From Lama guanicoe (taxonomy: Eukaryota): 64,000 nucleotides of DNA. The notes beneath the pieces are model-generated. The model saw only the letters and a program-made list of their open reading frames with translations, searched no databases and was not told the DNA's origin. Position 1 is the stretch's first letter; each line of letters opens with the position of its first letter. This document shows positions 62,996 through 64,000 of this stretch, in pieces. The translations under genes were made by a program, and so were the position numbers. The stretch lies in contig MU054212.1 in NCBI GenBank assembly GCA_013239625.1, forward strand, positions 5,118,270 through 5,182,269. Reading direction: 5' to 3'.

Positions 62996-63096
62996 GGGGA
63001 GGGCATAGCTCAAGAGGTAGAGCAGATGCTTAGCATGCACAAGGTCCTGGGTTCAACCCCCAGTACATCCTCCAAAAATAAATAAACAAACCCAAT
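62996..63096 (+). mobile_element. Camelid tRNA-Ala-derived SINE (Vic-1-like), 3'-truncated
   Basis: ggggagggcatagctcaagaggtagagc (A box), tgcttagcatgca (Ala-AGC arm), gggttcaacccc (B box); perfect 10-bp TSD cacactgttg at 62986-62995 and 63097-63106; ends at aaacccaat. Confidence 0.92.
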
Positions 63097-63722
63097 CACA
63101 CTGTTGAATTGTGACAGTTTTGTTGAATTCTTGGGACTGTATACATTTTACAATGACAGACTGGCAAATCTGTGTTGCTGCAGCTAACATAAATCTGTTT
63201 AATTTAAAATTATGTATTGAACAAAGAAATATTTCTATGACATTTCATGAAGTAGGTTATCAGTTTGATTGCTGTGATATTTCTGTGACACTTTCCTAGG
63301 TGTGGTACCAGTTTGATTGTCATAACTCAAATTGATTTAGAATTTAGTTCATCTCACTTAATAGATTATTTTAATTAAAAGAAAAAGCTCAGAGTCAAAT
63401 CAAAAACCATAAAAACAGGTTTTCAGGATTTTAAAATAATCTGACAGCTCATGTTGTGTTATTAAATTTTAGTATTTTTCACAAGAAGTTAACCCTCCCT
63501 CCTCCATCCATCCAAAGTGGAAGGCAATGGCCCTGACAAAGAAAGTGGTCCCAGAATTACTCCTACTTAGGAGTGAAGATTTCATCGTCTTCAGACATGT
63601 GGGCCATGCTCTATAATGGGGAGAAGTGCTCTCAGTATTGACAAAAGTTGCAGCCCCTTCACGTGGGAGTGAGGGTCTTATGCTCAGCTATTTCTGTATC
63701 AGAAGATCCAAGAACAATCATG

Positions 63723-63879
63723 GGGGGAGGGTATATAGCTCAGTGGTAAAGTGATGCTTAGTGTGTATGATGTTCTGGGTTCACTCCCCAGTACCTCCGT
63801 TAAAAAACAAACATTCAAACAAAAAATAATCCACACAAACCTAATTACCCCCTCAAAAACAAAACAAAACAAAACAAAC
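63723..63879 (+). mobile_element. Camelid tRNA-Ala-derived SINE (Vic-1-like), full length
   Basis: ggggagggtatatagctcagtggta..gggttcactccccagtacctcc, A-rich middle, aaacctaattacccc, (AAAAC)n tail; degenerate TSD aagaacaatcatg (63710-63722) / acgaacactcgtg (63880-63892), 10/13. Confidence 0.9.
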
Positions 63880-64000
63880 ACGAACACTCGTGATCGTCTT
63901 TTTAAACACATAGAATGATTTCTGTTTTCCTGCAGTGTTTGGTTCAGTCACAACTTCCAGTAAGTATATTAATAGTTTATGTTACAGAAAAAGAGTTTAA

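Noticed and set aside
62996..63800. Functional tRNA-Ala genes
   Set aside because: The tRNA-like heads have SINE-specific 5' ends, A-rich bodies, TSDs and disrupted stems, so they are SINEs.
1..64000. CRISPR array, operon or prokaryotic defence system
   Set aside because: The sequence is eukaryotic and repeat-laden; no regularly spaced repeat-spacer units and no long ORFs.

Overview
AT-rich, CpG-poor mammalian genomic DNA, most likely camelid (camel/alpaca/llama). That call rests on two tRNA-Ala-derived Vic-1-like SINEs and short young L1 3' ends that I recognise by eye as the camelid type. I found no recognisable protein-coding gene, intact RNA gene, CpG island or prokaryotic system. The ORF track is explained by chance ORFs and decayed repeats. 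The window looks intronic or intergenic: many old repeats (L2, MIR, L1M, MaLR/ERVL/ERV1 LTRs, Tigger and hAT DNA transposons) alternate with repeat-free stretches rich in homeodomain/TALE motifs (candidate enhancers). The clearest unusual item is a tailless tRNA-Phe(GAA) 5'-half retrocopy (10427-10463) with a perfect 18-bp target-site duplication, nested in an L1 3' UTR. A second tailless event is a 3'-truncated SINE at 62996-63096. There are also unverified exon-like segments on both strands (12.2-15.0 kb minus; 31.9 kb and 49.3-49.7 kb plus). Repeat family names come from remembered consensus motifs, not a database search, and boundaries of old repeats are approximate. I cannot support a claim of a new biological system here.
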